A stretch of DNA of 39,123 nucleotides. It comes from a bacterium (GTDB lineage: Bacteria; Auribacterota; UBA3054). The notes under the pieces are model-generated. The model was not told the origin of the DNA. It saw nothing but the letters and a program-made list of their open reading frames with translations, and did no database searches. Positions 8,588 through 18,700 of this stretch are shown piece by piece. Numbering within the stretch: the stretch's first letter is position 1; the number at the start of each line of letters is the position of its first letter. The translations under genes and the position numbers were made by a program. The stretch lies in the NCBI GenBank assembly GCA_017539325.1, contig JAFYHD010000115.1, positions 1 to 39,123 of the forward strand. The letters are read 5' to 3'.

Positions 8588-9631
8588 TTATTTTGTTGCT
8601 TGTAATTTTTCTTTGGCGGCGTTCATGACCATCTCGACTGTCACGGCTTTCATGCAGCGATGGTCGCTTTCGCAGACTCTCCGGCAGCGCTTATGGCAGT
8701 CGTGCTCTCCCCTCAGAAGAACGTTGTTGGAGCCTATGGGCGCAGTCCTCAGCCAGTTGGTGGGCCCGAAGATTGCGACGACGGGAGTTTTCACGACGGC
8801 GCCGAGGTGCATGGTGCCGGTGTCGTTTGTAATGAGGAGTGTTGCCTTTTCCAAAAGAGCCGCCAGTTCAAAGAGCGTCGTCTGGCCGGAAAGGTCATGG
8901 CACCAGGAAGCGGCGCCCTCATCCCTTCCGCCGATCTTTTCAGCCACGTCGCGACAGACCGCTGCGTCGGACTTTCCGCCGACCAAATAGCAGTCAGCTC
9001 CCGTTTCCTTGCGAAGTTTCAGGGCAGTTTCGGCGTAGTTTTCCGGCAGCCAGCATTTGGCAGTGCCGTAGCTGGCGCCCGGGCAGAGGACAAAATAATT
9101 TTCCCTCAACCTGGCGGCGTATTCCTTCGCTTCCTCGGGAATCTTGATATCAGCATCCAGGGTGTGGTCGACCGTATGGTGCACCAGTTTCTCGACGAGA
9201 TAAAGCTGGCAGTGCGGCTGCTGCTCGCCGTCCAGGTGATGCGGGAAAGGCACCTTGCGGTTCAATAGCATGCCCCGCATATAGGTGGCCCAGCCCATCC
9301 TTCTTCTTATGCGCGCCAAATATGGCACGAGCGCGGCGTCGAAGGAATTGGGAATGATGAGGCAAAGGTCGAAGTTCATTTTCTTCAATTCTTTCCCCAG
9401 GTCCCAGCGGTCGTCAAGTCCCATTATCCCTTTCCTTATCTCGAAGGGAATGACTTCGTCAACGTAAGGGCACATCTTCCAGAGATCGGCGACCGACTTC
9501 TTGGCCAGAACGGAAATATGGGCGTTGGGGCGGAACCTTCTAAGCTCCCTCATGGCCGGCATCGCGAGCACGCAGTCGCTGAGCCAGTTCGGAGACCTAA
9601 CGAGGAGTTTATAGGGAGAGAAATCCGCCAT
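8588..9631 (-). CDS. waaF: Lipopolysaccharide heptosyltransferase II-like (GT9)
   Basis: RSPNWLSD (usually PNWxGD), CPGASYGTAKCW, NDTGTMH, VVAIFGPT. Confidence 0.85.
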   Translation of the reverse strand: MADFSPYKLLVRSPNWLSDCVLAMPAMRELRRFRPNAHISVLAKKSVADLWKMCPYVDEVIPFEIRKGIMGLDDRWDLGKELKKMNFDLCLIIPNSFDAALVPYLARIRRRMGWATYMRGMLLNRKVPFPHHLDGEQQPHCQLYLVEKLVHHTVDHTLDADIKIPEEAKEYAARLRENYFVLCPGASYGTAKCWLPENYAETALKLRKETGADCYLVGGKSDAAVCRDVAEKIGGRDEGAASWCHDLSGQTTLFELAALLEKATLLITNDTGTMHLGAVVKTPVVAIFGPTNWLRTAPIGSNNVLLRGEHDCHKRCRRVCESDHRCMKAVTVEMVMNAAKEKLQATK

Positions 9632-11421
9632 TATTTCTCCTTGATCTCAGGATGGAGTTTCGTGTAGCTCCTGCGCCACTTGCGGTGGGCCCAGAGGTAG
9701 TATTCCGGCGCTCTTCTTACTTCCCGCTCAAGGCAGGACATCGCTCTCTGCGTCGCTTCCCTGATGTCTTTTTCGGCGTCGTCCGTTTCCGCTACAAAGA
9801 AGGGTTCGTAAATGTAAGCCTGGAAATGGTGATTGGGCAGTTCCCGGCAGAAGGCCGGAACGATCGGGCAGTGCGTCATCCTGGCCAGGGCCGCCGCGGC
9901 GTTAGTCGTGGAGCAGACTCTGCCCATAAAGATGGTAGGCACGCCGCCTTTGCCGGCGTACTGGTCGGCCACGAGGCCGACTTCGCCTCCCCTTCTCAAA
10001 GTTTTGATCAAGGGGCGGATCGCTTCCTTCTTGTTGACGAGCTTAAGGCCCACCGCCTCCCTTTTCCTGGCGATGTCCCTGTAGACAAGCTTGTTCCTGA
10101 AAGGCCTGCCCACCGCGGTGAAATCGCCGCCCAAAAGCGTGCTGGTCCAGCTCTGGCTTTCCCAGTTGCCGTAATGCGCCGTGAAGTAAACTATCCCGCC
10201 CGGCCCCATCGTGTGCGCCTTGGCGACTCTGTCGTAGTGCATGGACTCGAAGCCGCTGGGCACGCGCTTAAGCAGGCGCGGCATGATAAGGACGCCGACG
10301 GCCACGCGCGCAAGGTTCCTGAAGCTGGCCTTGGCGATGCTCCTCACTTCCTTGTCGCTCTTCTCCGGGAAAGCGTGCCTTATGTTGTCTATCGCAATGG
10401 CGCGCTTTTTCAAGCCGAGATAATAGCTGGCGTTGCCAAAAAAGTCAGCCATCTTATAGCAGGAGTCAATGCTCATTTTCGAGCAAAGATATTTCAGGAA
10501 GAGATAGACCGAGTATCCGATAAGCCCGACGACGTAGGCCGTCTCGATAATGACTATGATCCAGCCGAGGACGCCGGTGGCCACGAACTTTTCGCCTAAG
10601 AGCCACTGCATACCCGTCGCGGCGGCGGCTTCCTTGTCATACGGCCAGATGCGGCCGGTAATTTTGATGGTGAAGACCCAGCCGAAGTGGGTGGCGATGG
10701 CCGGCCACAAGCATCCTGTCTTCATGGTGAGGCCGCAGAGCATGAGAGAGCAGATGAAAAGCCCTATGAAGCCAGGTATGATCACCTGCCAATCGCAAAG
10801 AGGCTTCATGAAGAGCGCCATGTGATAGAATCCCGCCAGCGGGTCGGTGCCAACGAAATTGGCCTGGGCGACCTTGATGCTCTTCAGAAAATGATCGAGG
10901 CTGAAGATGTGCAATGAAGCGAAGATCAACGATGTGAACAAGGCGGAGTATATGCTCCTGAAACGCGTCTTGAAAGACGAGAACAAAAGTCCGCGGAAGA
11001 TCGTCTCCTCCATCAAGGCCACGACAAAGGAGGAAAGAAGCGCGACGGCGCCCTTGGAAAGAATGTAGCTCCAAGACCTCGCTTGGTAATGCCTGAAGCC
11101 CGCGAAATACTGGATGACGGTCATCAGGGCGATCGTTAGGATGGCAACAAGGAACCAGCTTCCGAACTCGTTCTTGATATGCTGGCGCTTGTAATAGATC
11201 TTGTACGGTATCTCTATTCCCAGCTTCTTCCAGAAAGCGAGGAAAACCAGGACCTCGGAAACAAGGAAGACCCTGTTGAAGATCTTGCGGAAAATATAAT
11301 CCTTGGTAATGTCCAGCTGGCTCGTCACCCTGAAGACCCAGGGTGCCGCGACCATCGCGATAAGAAGGCCGAGGAGCGCCAGAAGGGCGACCAGTTTTAT
11401 GTTAACTTTTTTCTCTGCCAT
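9631..11421 (-). CDS. Fusion of CPBP (CAAX/Abi) intramembrane glutamic protease domain and LpxL/HtrB-family lipid A acyltransferase
   Basis: N-half multi-TM with EETIFRG, FASLH and HFGWV; C-half with NIRHAFPE, TAHYGNWE, LVADQ and YLWAHRKWR; one continuous ORF. Confidence 0.8.
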   Translation of the reverse strand: MAEKKVNIKLVALLALLGLLIAMVAAPWVFRVTSQLDITKDYIFRKIFNRVFLVSEVLVFLAFWKKLGIEIPYKIYYKRQHIKNEFGSWFLVAILTIALMTVIQYFAGFRHYQARSWSYILSKGAVALLSSFVVALMEETIFRGLLFSSFKTRFRSIYSALFTSLIFASLHIFSLDHFLKSIKVAQANFVGTDPLAGFYHMALFMKPLCDWQVIIPGFIGLFICSLMLCGLTMKTGCLWPAIATHFGWVFTIKITGRIWPYDKEAAAATGMQWLLGEKFVATGVLGWIIVIIETAYVVGLIGYSVYLFLKYLCSKMSIDSCYKMADFFGNASYYLGLKKRAIAIDNIRHAFPEKSDKEVRSIAKASFRNLARVAVGVLIMPRLLKRVPSGFESMHYDRVAKAHTMGPGGIVYFTAHYGNWESQSWTSTLLGGDFTAVGRPFRNKLVYRDIARKREAVGLKLVNKKEAIRPLIKTLRRGGEVGLVADQYAGKGGVPTIFMGRVCSTTNAAAALARMTHCPIVPAFCRELPNHHFQAYIYEPFFVAETDDAEKDIREATQRAMSCLEREVRRAPEYYLWAHRKWRRSYTKLHPEIKEK

Positions 11422-12701
11422 TACTTCTCAGCTTTCTCTTCCTTTTCCTTCTCCGCTTTCTCTTCCTTCAGTTCGTCGATGCGTTTTCCTAGCTCGACTT
11501 CGGAAGCGGTGTTGAAGCCTTCCATAACGTAGCGGACTACGCCGGCCTTGTCGATTATGAAGGTCTTGGGAATGTTGTCGATGTCGTAAGTCTTGACCAG
11601 GGAGCGGTCGGGGTCGGAGTAGATGATGGTGTCCAAGCCTCTCTGGAAAGCCAGCAAAGTTTTCATGTCCTGCTGGTCGGAGACGTTGACGAACTGCACG
11701 CCCGTCCCGGCGTATTTGGAATGCAGCTTGTCGATCACGGCCATGTATTCGCGGCAAAGCTGGCTCCAGCTCGCGAAGAAGGTAAGAACGATGACGCCCT
11801 TGGCGCCGGGCTTGATTATCTTGTCTTTGCCGGAAAGGTAGTTGACCTTGATGTCGGGCGCCTTCTTGCCCAGCAGCGCGTGCCTGACGTACATGCTGGG
11901 CAGCTCCTGCAGGATGTCGAGGTTCGACAAAAACACTCCCTGCGGCGGCGTGTAATAAAAAAGCTTGTTGTCGACATAGGTGTTGACGAGAGCGCGCTTC
12001 AGGGTCATCATCGAAAGCAGGTTCCCGTAAAGGTTGTAGCGCTTGAACTCTTTTATTATGCCGTCGTTGCTGATCTTCATGCTGACTCTATCCGGGACAA
12101 AGTTGGAAAAGCCCTGGGGGCCCATGGCAGAAGCCTGTTTCGCTATGCCTTTCAGCATGTCGGAGTCGTGCCTGATATTTCCCTCGAACTCCCAGCCGTC
12201 GGACGCTTTCTTCACCTTCGTGAAAATGTAGTTGTAGCGCAGCCCTTCGTAGGAGTTGGTCTTCGCCGGGGTGATCAAAAACGGTGTCGCGCGCTCCATG
12301 AAGGACAGGAAGATGTCGCCCATAGACGCGAGCGTCCAGAAAGAAACCGCGACGGTTTTGCCGCTTGGGGAAATGGAAACTTCCCAGCCGTTGGTGCCGT
12401 TCGAGACCGTCAGTTCGTGCGAGCGGGTTATGCCGTCCATGGCGTGCGTCCACACTTCACTGCGGAAGCGGTAAGGCGGCTCCTGGATGATGCTGCCGGA
12501 CTGAAAGACGTCGCCCTGCATGGAGTGGACCATCGACGTGTAGGCAAGGTCAAGGCACTCAAGCGAAGCCAGTCTCTCTGAGATCTCATAAAAAGCCTTC
12601 GCCACCGGCTCCTTTTCCCCGAAGAGGTTGGAGCTTTCATTTTGGGCGGCGAAAAGTGCGGAGGCGCATACAAAAACTAAAAACAATATTCTCATGCTCA
12701 T
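11421..12701 (-). CDS. Exported LolA-like domain fused to a TlpA/redoxin-type thioredoxin fold
   Basis: Signal peptide; PYRFRSE, VSNG and LFYYTPPQG LolA-like features; GKKAPD, FFASWSQLC and IPKTFIIDKAGVVR. Confidence 0.65.
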   Translation of the reverse strand: MSMRILFLVFVCASALFAAQNESSNLFGEKEPVAKAFYEISERLASLECLDLAYTSMVHSMQGDVFQSGSIIQEPPYRFRSEVWTHAMDGITRSHELTVSNGTNGWEVSISPSGKTVAVSFWTLASMGDIFLSFMERATPFLITPAKTNSYEGLRYNYIFTKVKKASDGWEFEGNIRHDSDMLKGIAKQASAMGPQGFSNFVPDRVSMKISNDGIIKEFKRYNLYGNLLSMMTLKRALVNTYVDNKLFYYTPPQGVFLSNLDILQELPSMYVRHALLGKKAPDIKVNYLSGKDKIIKPGAKGVIVLTFFASWSQLCREYMAVIDKLHSKYAGTGVQFVNVSDQQDMKTLLAFQRGLDTIIYSDPDRSLVKTYDIDNIPKTFIIDKAGVVRYVMEGFNTASEVELGKRIDELKEEKAEKEKEEKAEK

Positions 12702-13747
12702 TCTTCCATAAAGGGCGAAGCGTATCTGATACGCCAGGAGGTTTCCGGCAGCTTTATTTCAGGCTTCAATCCGCCGAAAGTTGAAAAGGCTTTCTTCAGC
12801 ATGTCGACCACTCCTTCCTCATCCTCGTACTCGACGAGCTCGTAATCGACAAGGCCGAGTTCCTTGAAAGTTTCCTTCACTTCGTCCATGTAGCCGATCT
12901 TATCGGTCAGGCCGTTTTCCAGCGACTGCTTGGCGGTGTAGATCCTGCCGTCGGCAAGCTCCCTAACCTTTTCCACGGGCATGCGGCGCCCCTCGGCGAT
13001 AACGTTGACGAACTGGTCGTACAGTTCGTTTATGGTCGCCTGCACGACGTTGGAGACGGATTCCGAGACGCCCTTCATGGGATTGAGCATGTCTTTCATT
13101 GGTCCGGAGGTGAAGCTCACGCTCTTCACGCCGAGCTTTTCCGCGGCTTCCTGGAAATTTACGCCCTGCATCATGACGCCGATGGAGCCGGTTATCGTCG
13201 TCGGGGTGATGACGATCTTGTCGGCGTGCGCGGAGACGTAGTAGCCGCCGGAGGCGGCCACGCCCCGCATATAGGAGACAACGCAGCGGTTGGTGGAAGA
13301 GGAACGGAACTTTTTCACTTCCTGGTCGATGAAGTCGCAGGCGGTAATTTCGCCGCCCGGGCTGTCCACCACCAAAAGCAAGCCTTTGACGTCCTTGTCT
13401 TCCCTGGCGTGCCTGATGTCGTCTATGATGACGTCGGCCGTGCCTTCGTTCTTGCCCCAGAAGGAGCTTTTGTTCTCGCTGAAAGAAATGGCGCCTTTAA
13501 CTTCGATCTTGACGACCTTGTTCTTGGAAGTGTCGGAAGTTACGATCTCCTCTTCCCCGCAGGTTACCTCAAAGCGGCCCAAGAACCTGTCTATGGTGGA
13601 CGAGAGGGCCAGGAACGAGAGCGCGAGGACAACAAGTCCAACGCAGATTATGAAGGCTCCCAGCAGCCCCGAGCAGCCGCAGCCGCTGCTGAAGCGGCCG
13701 CGAGGGCTGGGGCTCGAAGGAGCGTCGGGAATGTTGTACTGATCCAT
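12698..13747 (-). CDS. sppA: Signal peptide peptidase SppA (S49, short form)
   Basis: DSPGG, AASGGYY, TITGSIGV, KDM and ADGRIYTA motifs; N-terminal TM anchor. Confidence 0.92.
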   Translation of the reverse strand: MDQYNIPDAPSSPSPRGRFSSGCGCSGLLGAFIICVGLVVLALSFLALSSTIDRFLGRFEVTCGEEEIVTSDTSKNKVVKIEVKGAISFSENKSSFWGKNEGTADVIIDDIRHAREDKDVKGLLLVVDSPGGEITACDFIDQEVKKFRSSSTNRCVVSYMRGVAASGGYYVSAHADKIVITPTTITGSIGVMMQGVNFQEAAEKLGVKSVSFTSGPMKDMLNPMKGVSESVSNVVQATINELYDQFVNVIAEGRRMPVEKVRELADGRIYTAKQSLENGLTDKIGYMDEVKETFKELGLVDYELVEYEDEEGVVDMLKKAFSTFGGLKPEIKLPETSWRIRYASPFMEE

Positions 13748-14934
13748 TATTTACTGACGAGTTCGTAGGTTTCCAAAGCGATCATGAGCTCTTCGTTGGT
13801 CGGGATGACCCAGACGGGGATCTTGGAAGAAGGCGCGGACACGCATCCCGCAAAGCCTCTTTCCCTGTTCTTCTCACCCAGTTCGAGCCCGAGCCCGGCG
13901 AGGTTGCCGCAGACCCATTCCCTCATCTCCGCGGAATTCTCGCCGATGCCGGCCGTGAAGACGATGGCGTCGGTCTTGGGAAGCAGCGAAACGTAGGAGC
14001 CCACGTACTTGGCGATGGAGTAAGCCGTCATCTCCAGAACGAGCTTGGCCTGCGCGTTGCCTCCTTCGGCGGCGCCTTCCACGTCGCGCATGTCGCTGGA
14101 GACTTCGGAAACGCCCAAGAATCCGCTTTGCTTGTTCAATATCTTGTTGACTTCCGCCGGGGCGATGCCGAGGTTCTCGATCATGTAGAGGACGATGGCG
14201 GGGTCGATGTCGCCGCTTCTGGTGCCCATAACGACGCCGGCCAGGGGCGTAAGGCCCATGGAGGTGTCGACGCACTTGCCGCCCTTGACGCAGGTGATGG
14301 AGGAGCCGTTGCCAAGGTGGCAGACGACGATGTTCACCTCGTCCAGCGGTTTGCCGCTCATCTCAGCGTAGGCTCTGGTCACGAACTTGTGGCTCGTGCC
14401 GTGGAAGCCGTAGCGCCTGATGCCGTTTTCCTTGTAGAACTTGTAAGGCAGGGCGTACTGGAAGGCCTTGGGCGGCATGGTCTGATGGAAAGCCGTGTCG
14501 AAGACCGCGACGTTGGGCACGCCCGGGGCGGCTTTCTGGCAAGCCACGATGCCGGCCATGTTGGCGGGGTTGTGCAAGGGAGCGAGTTTGCCGCATTCCT
14601 CGATGCACTTCAAAACCGAGTCGTCGATGACCGCGGAGGAGAAGAATTTCTCGCCGCCATGGACCACTCTGTGGCCGAAGGCGTCGATCTTCTGCCCTTC
14701 TTTCAGGACGTCTTTCTTGAGAGCTTCTATTACGTAGGAGACCGCTTCCGTATGGTCGGAGGCTTTGATGGGCGAAGACGGAAGCTTCGTTTCGCCATAC
14801 GACATCTTGAACATGGCGTCGCCGCCCAAACCGATCCTTTCCACCAGGCCTTTGGCGGCCACGGTGCGTTCGGGAAGCGAGATAAGCTGGAATTTAAGAC
14901 TGGAACTGCCGCAGTTGATGACAAGAATAAACAT
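13747..14934 (-). CDS. ackA: Acetate kinase
   Basis: LVINCGSSSLK, GHRVVHGG, APLHNP, FDTAFH, YGFHGTSH, FTAGIGEN, PTNEELMIA. Confidence 0.97.
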   Translation of the reverse strand: MFILVINCGSSSLKFQLISLPERTVAAKGLVERIGLGGDAMFKMSYGETKLPSSPIKASDHTEAVSYVIEALKKDVLKEGQKIDAFGHRVVHGGEKFFSSAVIDDSVLKCIEECGKLAPLHNPANMAGIVACQKAAPGVPNVAVFDTAFHQTMPPKAFQYALPYKFYKENGIRRYGFHGTSHKFVTRAYAEMSGKPLDEVNIVVCHLGNGSSITCVKGGKCVDTSMGLTPLAGVVMGTRSGDIDPAIVLYMIENLGIAPAEVNKILNKQSGFLGVSEVSSDMRDVEGAAEGGNAQAKLVLEMTAYSIAKYVGSYVSLLPKTDAIVFTAGIGENSAEMREWVCGNLAGLGLELGEKNRERGFAGCVSAPSSKIPVWVIPTNEELMIALETYELVSK

Positions 14935-14943
14935 TTTCGCTCC

Positions 14944-15549
14944 TTAGAATTTTTTCCATTCGTAAGTTTTGCCGTTGCTGACTTCCACCCAGATGCCTTT
15001 GGCCTTGGCGGCGTAGACGGCGGCGTAAGTCTTCTGGATCTCGGCGACCGTGCTATTCTGGTTTTTGGCTTCCTCTTCGTAGAAAGCCTTTCTGGCGGCG
15101 TTCAGCTTCTTGACGGCTTCCTGGACGGCGGCGGCGACCTTAGGATCGCATTTTTCGGGTTTGCCGACGTAAGTGACGTATCCGTCCTTGTTCTCGCCAA
15201 CGTAGCCGGTCTTCATGTATTTGGTATAAGTCTCGCCGAAGAGCTTCTTCATTTCCTGATAAGCCTGGGACTTTTGCTCGGCGGCTTCGCAGCTGGAGAT
15301 GGAGAGGGCGGCGACCATGCGTTCCATCACTCTCACGAAAGCGGAATCCGGCTCCGGTTCCGGCTCGTCGTCCAAGCCGGCGTAGAGGTCGTCGACCACT
15401 TCCTCGGCGTGCTGATAGATGTGGATGTTGATCTCGGCGTTGATGGCGATGGGTTTCTCCGCATCACCGGTGATCTTGACTTCCGGGGTGCAGGCCAAAA
15501 GGACCGCTAAGCTAATGGCGGCGCAAACGAAGATGGCGAGGTTTTTCAT
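14944..15549 (-). CDS. Lipoprotein: YnbE-like N-terminus fused to a YdbL (DUF1318) domain
   Basis: Start re-called at ATG 15549 (MKNLAIF, AAGGA upstream); lipobox LLAC; CTPEVKI..EKPIAINAEINI resembles YnbE; GYVGENKDGYV and N.AR...Y resemble YdbL. Confidence 0.72.
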   Translation of the reverse strand: MKNLAIFVCAAISLAVLLACTPEVKITGDAEKPIAINAEINIHIYQHAEEVVDDLYAGLDDEPEPEPDSAFVRVMERMVAALSISSCEAAEQKSQAYQEMKKLFGETYTKYMKTGYVGENKDGYVTYVGKPEKCDPKVAAAVQEAVKKLNAARKAFYEEEAKNQNSTVAEIQKTYAAVYAAKAKGIWVEVSNGKTYEWKKF

Positions 15550-15720
15550 AATGTTTCCTTGGTTTAAGTTTAAGTTATCTATTAATTTTACCAAAAAAGG
15601 AAGGAGTTTTTGGGCCCGTCCTAAACCGCACAGCGGAAAACACTTTAAAAAATGCCCCAAAAAAACATGCCGTTTTAATATAATGATATAAAACCGAATA
15701 ATAACCAACCGGAGAAACAC

Positions 15721-18700
15721 ATGAAACGTTTATTCCTTCTCCTCGCGGCAGCCGCTTCCGTAGCTGCCATGAGTCTCATGGCCGATGAGGAAGTCATCTG
15801 GTCCGAGGATTTCAGCACCTTTGCCGCCGGCGACCTTATGTCCGCCCACAGCAACGAATGGGCCACCACGGGTCCCCATTACATCGTCGACGACAACGGC
15901 AACAAATGCGTCAGGTTCTACGCCCCCGACGGCGAAAGCTTAAAGGGCCTGAGCTTCATCAAGGTCCCCGACACCACCCCCTACTGCGGGCGCTACTACA
16001 TCCGCTTCTCCTGCAAGCTGAAACTTTTCAAAGAATCCCAGGTCATGCACGGTTTCCGCACTCCTGAGGATTACTTCATGTTCGACATGATCAACAAGCA
16101 CGGCGACGGCTACGGCGTCGACTGCGACCGTTCCTACGGGTCTCTGCTCTTCACCGACGGCCGCTTCCCGCACGACGAGTGGGCCGAATACAGCTTCCTT
16201 ATGGAGATCACCCCGAGCGCCTATCGTCTTAAAAACATGGTGGTGAACGGCGTCACCAACGACTTCGACATAGCCGTTAAGACCAGCGGCAGCGGCTCAA
16301 TCGGCAGCCGGCTCTTCTTCGGCGGCTGGGGCAACCCCGATTTCTATCTCGACGACTTCAAGCTGACCAAAGTTCTCAAGGAAGGCGAACCCGTCACTTC
16401 GGCCGTGGTCAACGGCAACCTGGACCTCGACACCGACGAGACCACCATCACCGTCGTCAACAAGGGCGGCGGCTCCTTCAACTACAAAGCCACCATCGCC
16501 GAGGGCTACGGCTTCGCTTCCCTTGAAAACGCGGAAGGCACCTGCGAAGGCTCCGCCACCGTCAAATTCAAAGTCGACCGCGACGCCATGGCCAGCCAGT
16601 ACTACCACGTCCCCGTCACCGTTAACGGCGGCGAAGCCGGCTCCGTCACGGTCTACGTCGGCGTGGCCAGCGGCCTTGTGCTTATGAACTGCGACTTCGA
16701 ATGCTACGAGGAAGGATTGCGACTCCCCGACCAGGACACCCTCTGGCAGAGCAACGGCCCGCACTATGTCATGACCGACGAAGGCAGCAAGTGCATGCGC
16801 TTCTACGCCGAGGAAGGACAGTCCCTCTACAACATCACCTACAACTCCATCCCGGACACCACGCCGTATACGACCAACTACTACGTGAAGTTCTCCTGCC
16901 GCATGAAAGTCATAGAGGAATCCCAGGTCATGCACGGCATCAGGAACTACTTCATGTTCGACGCCATCAACAAGCTCGGCAACGCCTACGTAGTGGACTG
17001 CCACCGCTTCTACGTCACCGAGATGAAACTGACCACGGGCTACTTCCCGAACGGCAAATGGACCGACTACAGCTTCGTTATGGACGTCACCCCGGGCTCC
17101 TACCGCCTGAGATCCATGACCATCAACGGCGTGACCGACGACTTCAACCTCCCCAAGGGTGAGGAATCCGGCCAGGGCTCCATCGGCAACGCCGTCTACT
17201 TCGGCGGCTGGGGCGCCCCCGACATCTACATCGACGACATCCAGATCGAGCTGGTCGAGAAAGAAGCCAAGCCGGAACTGGACGTTGAATTCAACGGCAA
17301 CATCGGCCTCGAGGAGAACGAAGCCATCATCACCATCATTAACCGCGGCGGCGGCACGCTCAACTACAACGTGACCTTGGGCGACGACTACGCCTGGGCC
17401 AGTTTGGAAGGCGCGGAAGGCTCCTGCCAGGGCACCGCTGAAGTCAAGCTCGTCCTAAACCGCGAGGAAATGGGCGAGGAATACTACCGCGGCACCATCC
17501 ATGTTGACGGCGGCGAAGCCGGAAGCGAGGACATCAATTTCGGCGTGGCCAGCGGGCACGTCCTCTACGGCAACGACTTTGAAATGTACACGGTCGGATT
17601 GCCCATAGTCGCCCAGGACGGCGCCTGGACGGGCAACGAAGCGAACCTTATCGAAACGGACACTTCCCAGTACCTCCGTCTGACGGAATACACCCTCAAC
17701 ATGTCGGTCCCCGACACCACTCCCTACGCCAACAAATACCTGCTCCGCTTCAACTGCCGCGCCAAAGCCAACAGCTTCGACGCCCAGATCTGCCACGGCT
17801 TCAAGAACGGCTTCATGATCGACGCCATCGACAAATTCGGCGACGGCCATTACGTCGTCGACCTCAACCGTATGAACGGCTCCTTCATGCAGCTGACCAG
17901 CGGCAGCTTCCCCCAGGGCGAATGGTGCGACTACGGCTTCCTTCTCGACCTCAGGACCGGCGTCGTCGCCATGAAGTCCATCTGGATCAACGGCGTGACC
18001 AACGACTTCGACCAGGCCGCCCAGAACCAGGACGGCATGAAGCTAGGCGACTTCAACATCTACGGCTGGGGCTTGCCCGATTTCTGCATCGACGACATGG
18101 AGATCACCCTTGTCGACCGCTCCGCCTACCCCGATCCCGTTTTGCCCTCCTGCGTCCCGGTCTCTTACCGCGACTCCTATGAGGCAACGGTCATCAACAA
18201 CGGCGGCGGCTCCGCCAAGACGACCGTCACGGTCCTCGACTACACCGACTTCGTGACCGTCACCAAGCCCGCCGGCAATCTTGTCACCACCGAGAAACTG
18301 ACCTTCAACGTCTCAAGGGAAGGCCTCCAGGACGGCTTCTTCTACGCCCGCTACCGCTACGCCTACGAAGGCATCGACAGCGAGATCACAGGCGCCGTGA
18401 CAGGGCTTGTCTCGTTCGCGGTCGGCGGCTGGTACTACGGCACCGACTTCCAGCCCCCCTACTTCCGCGAAGGCTCCCTGAACGGGCAGTCCGGCTGGAG
18501 CAGCAGCGAGGAGATCGTTATAGAAAAGATCAACGGCGAATCCTGCCTTACCTTCACGGACAAATCCACCGCTTTCCTTGCCGCCTCCGTCCCGAACCAG
18601 GCCTCCTTCACCCTGCAGGGCCGCGTCCTTACGGAAACCACCGAAGAGAGCGCTTACATAAGGATCGGCACGATCGACAGCTGGGGATACCGTCCCATTT

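Noticed and set aside
15650-15680. Sigma54 promoter for the PEP-CTERM gene
   Set aside because: GG and GC elements are not at the required -24/-12 spacing on either strand
15550-15720. N-terminal extension of the 14944..15720 ORF
   Set aside because: AT-rich divergent promoter region; the lipoprotein signal and RBS point to ATG 15549
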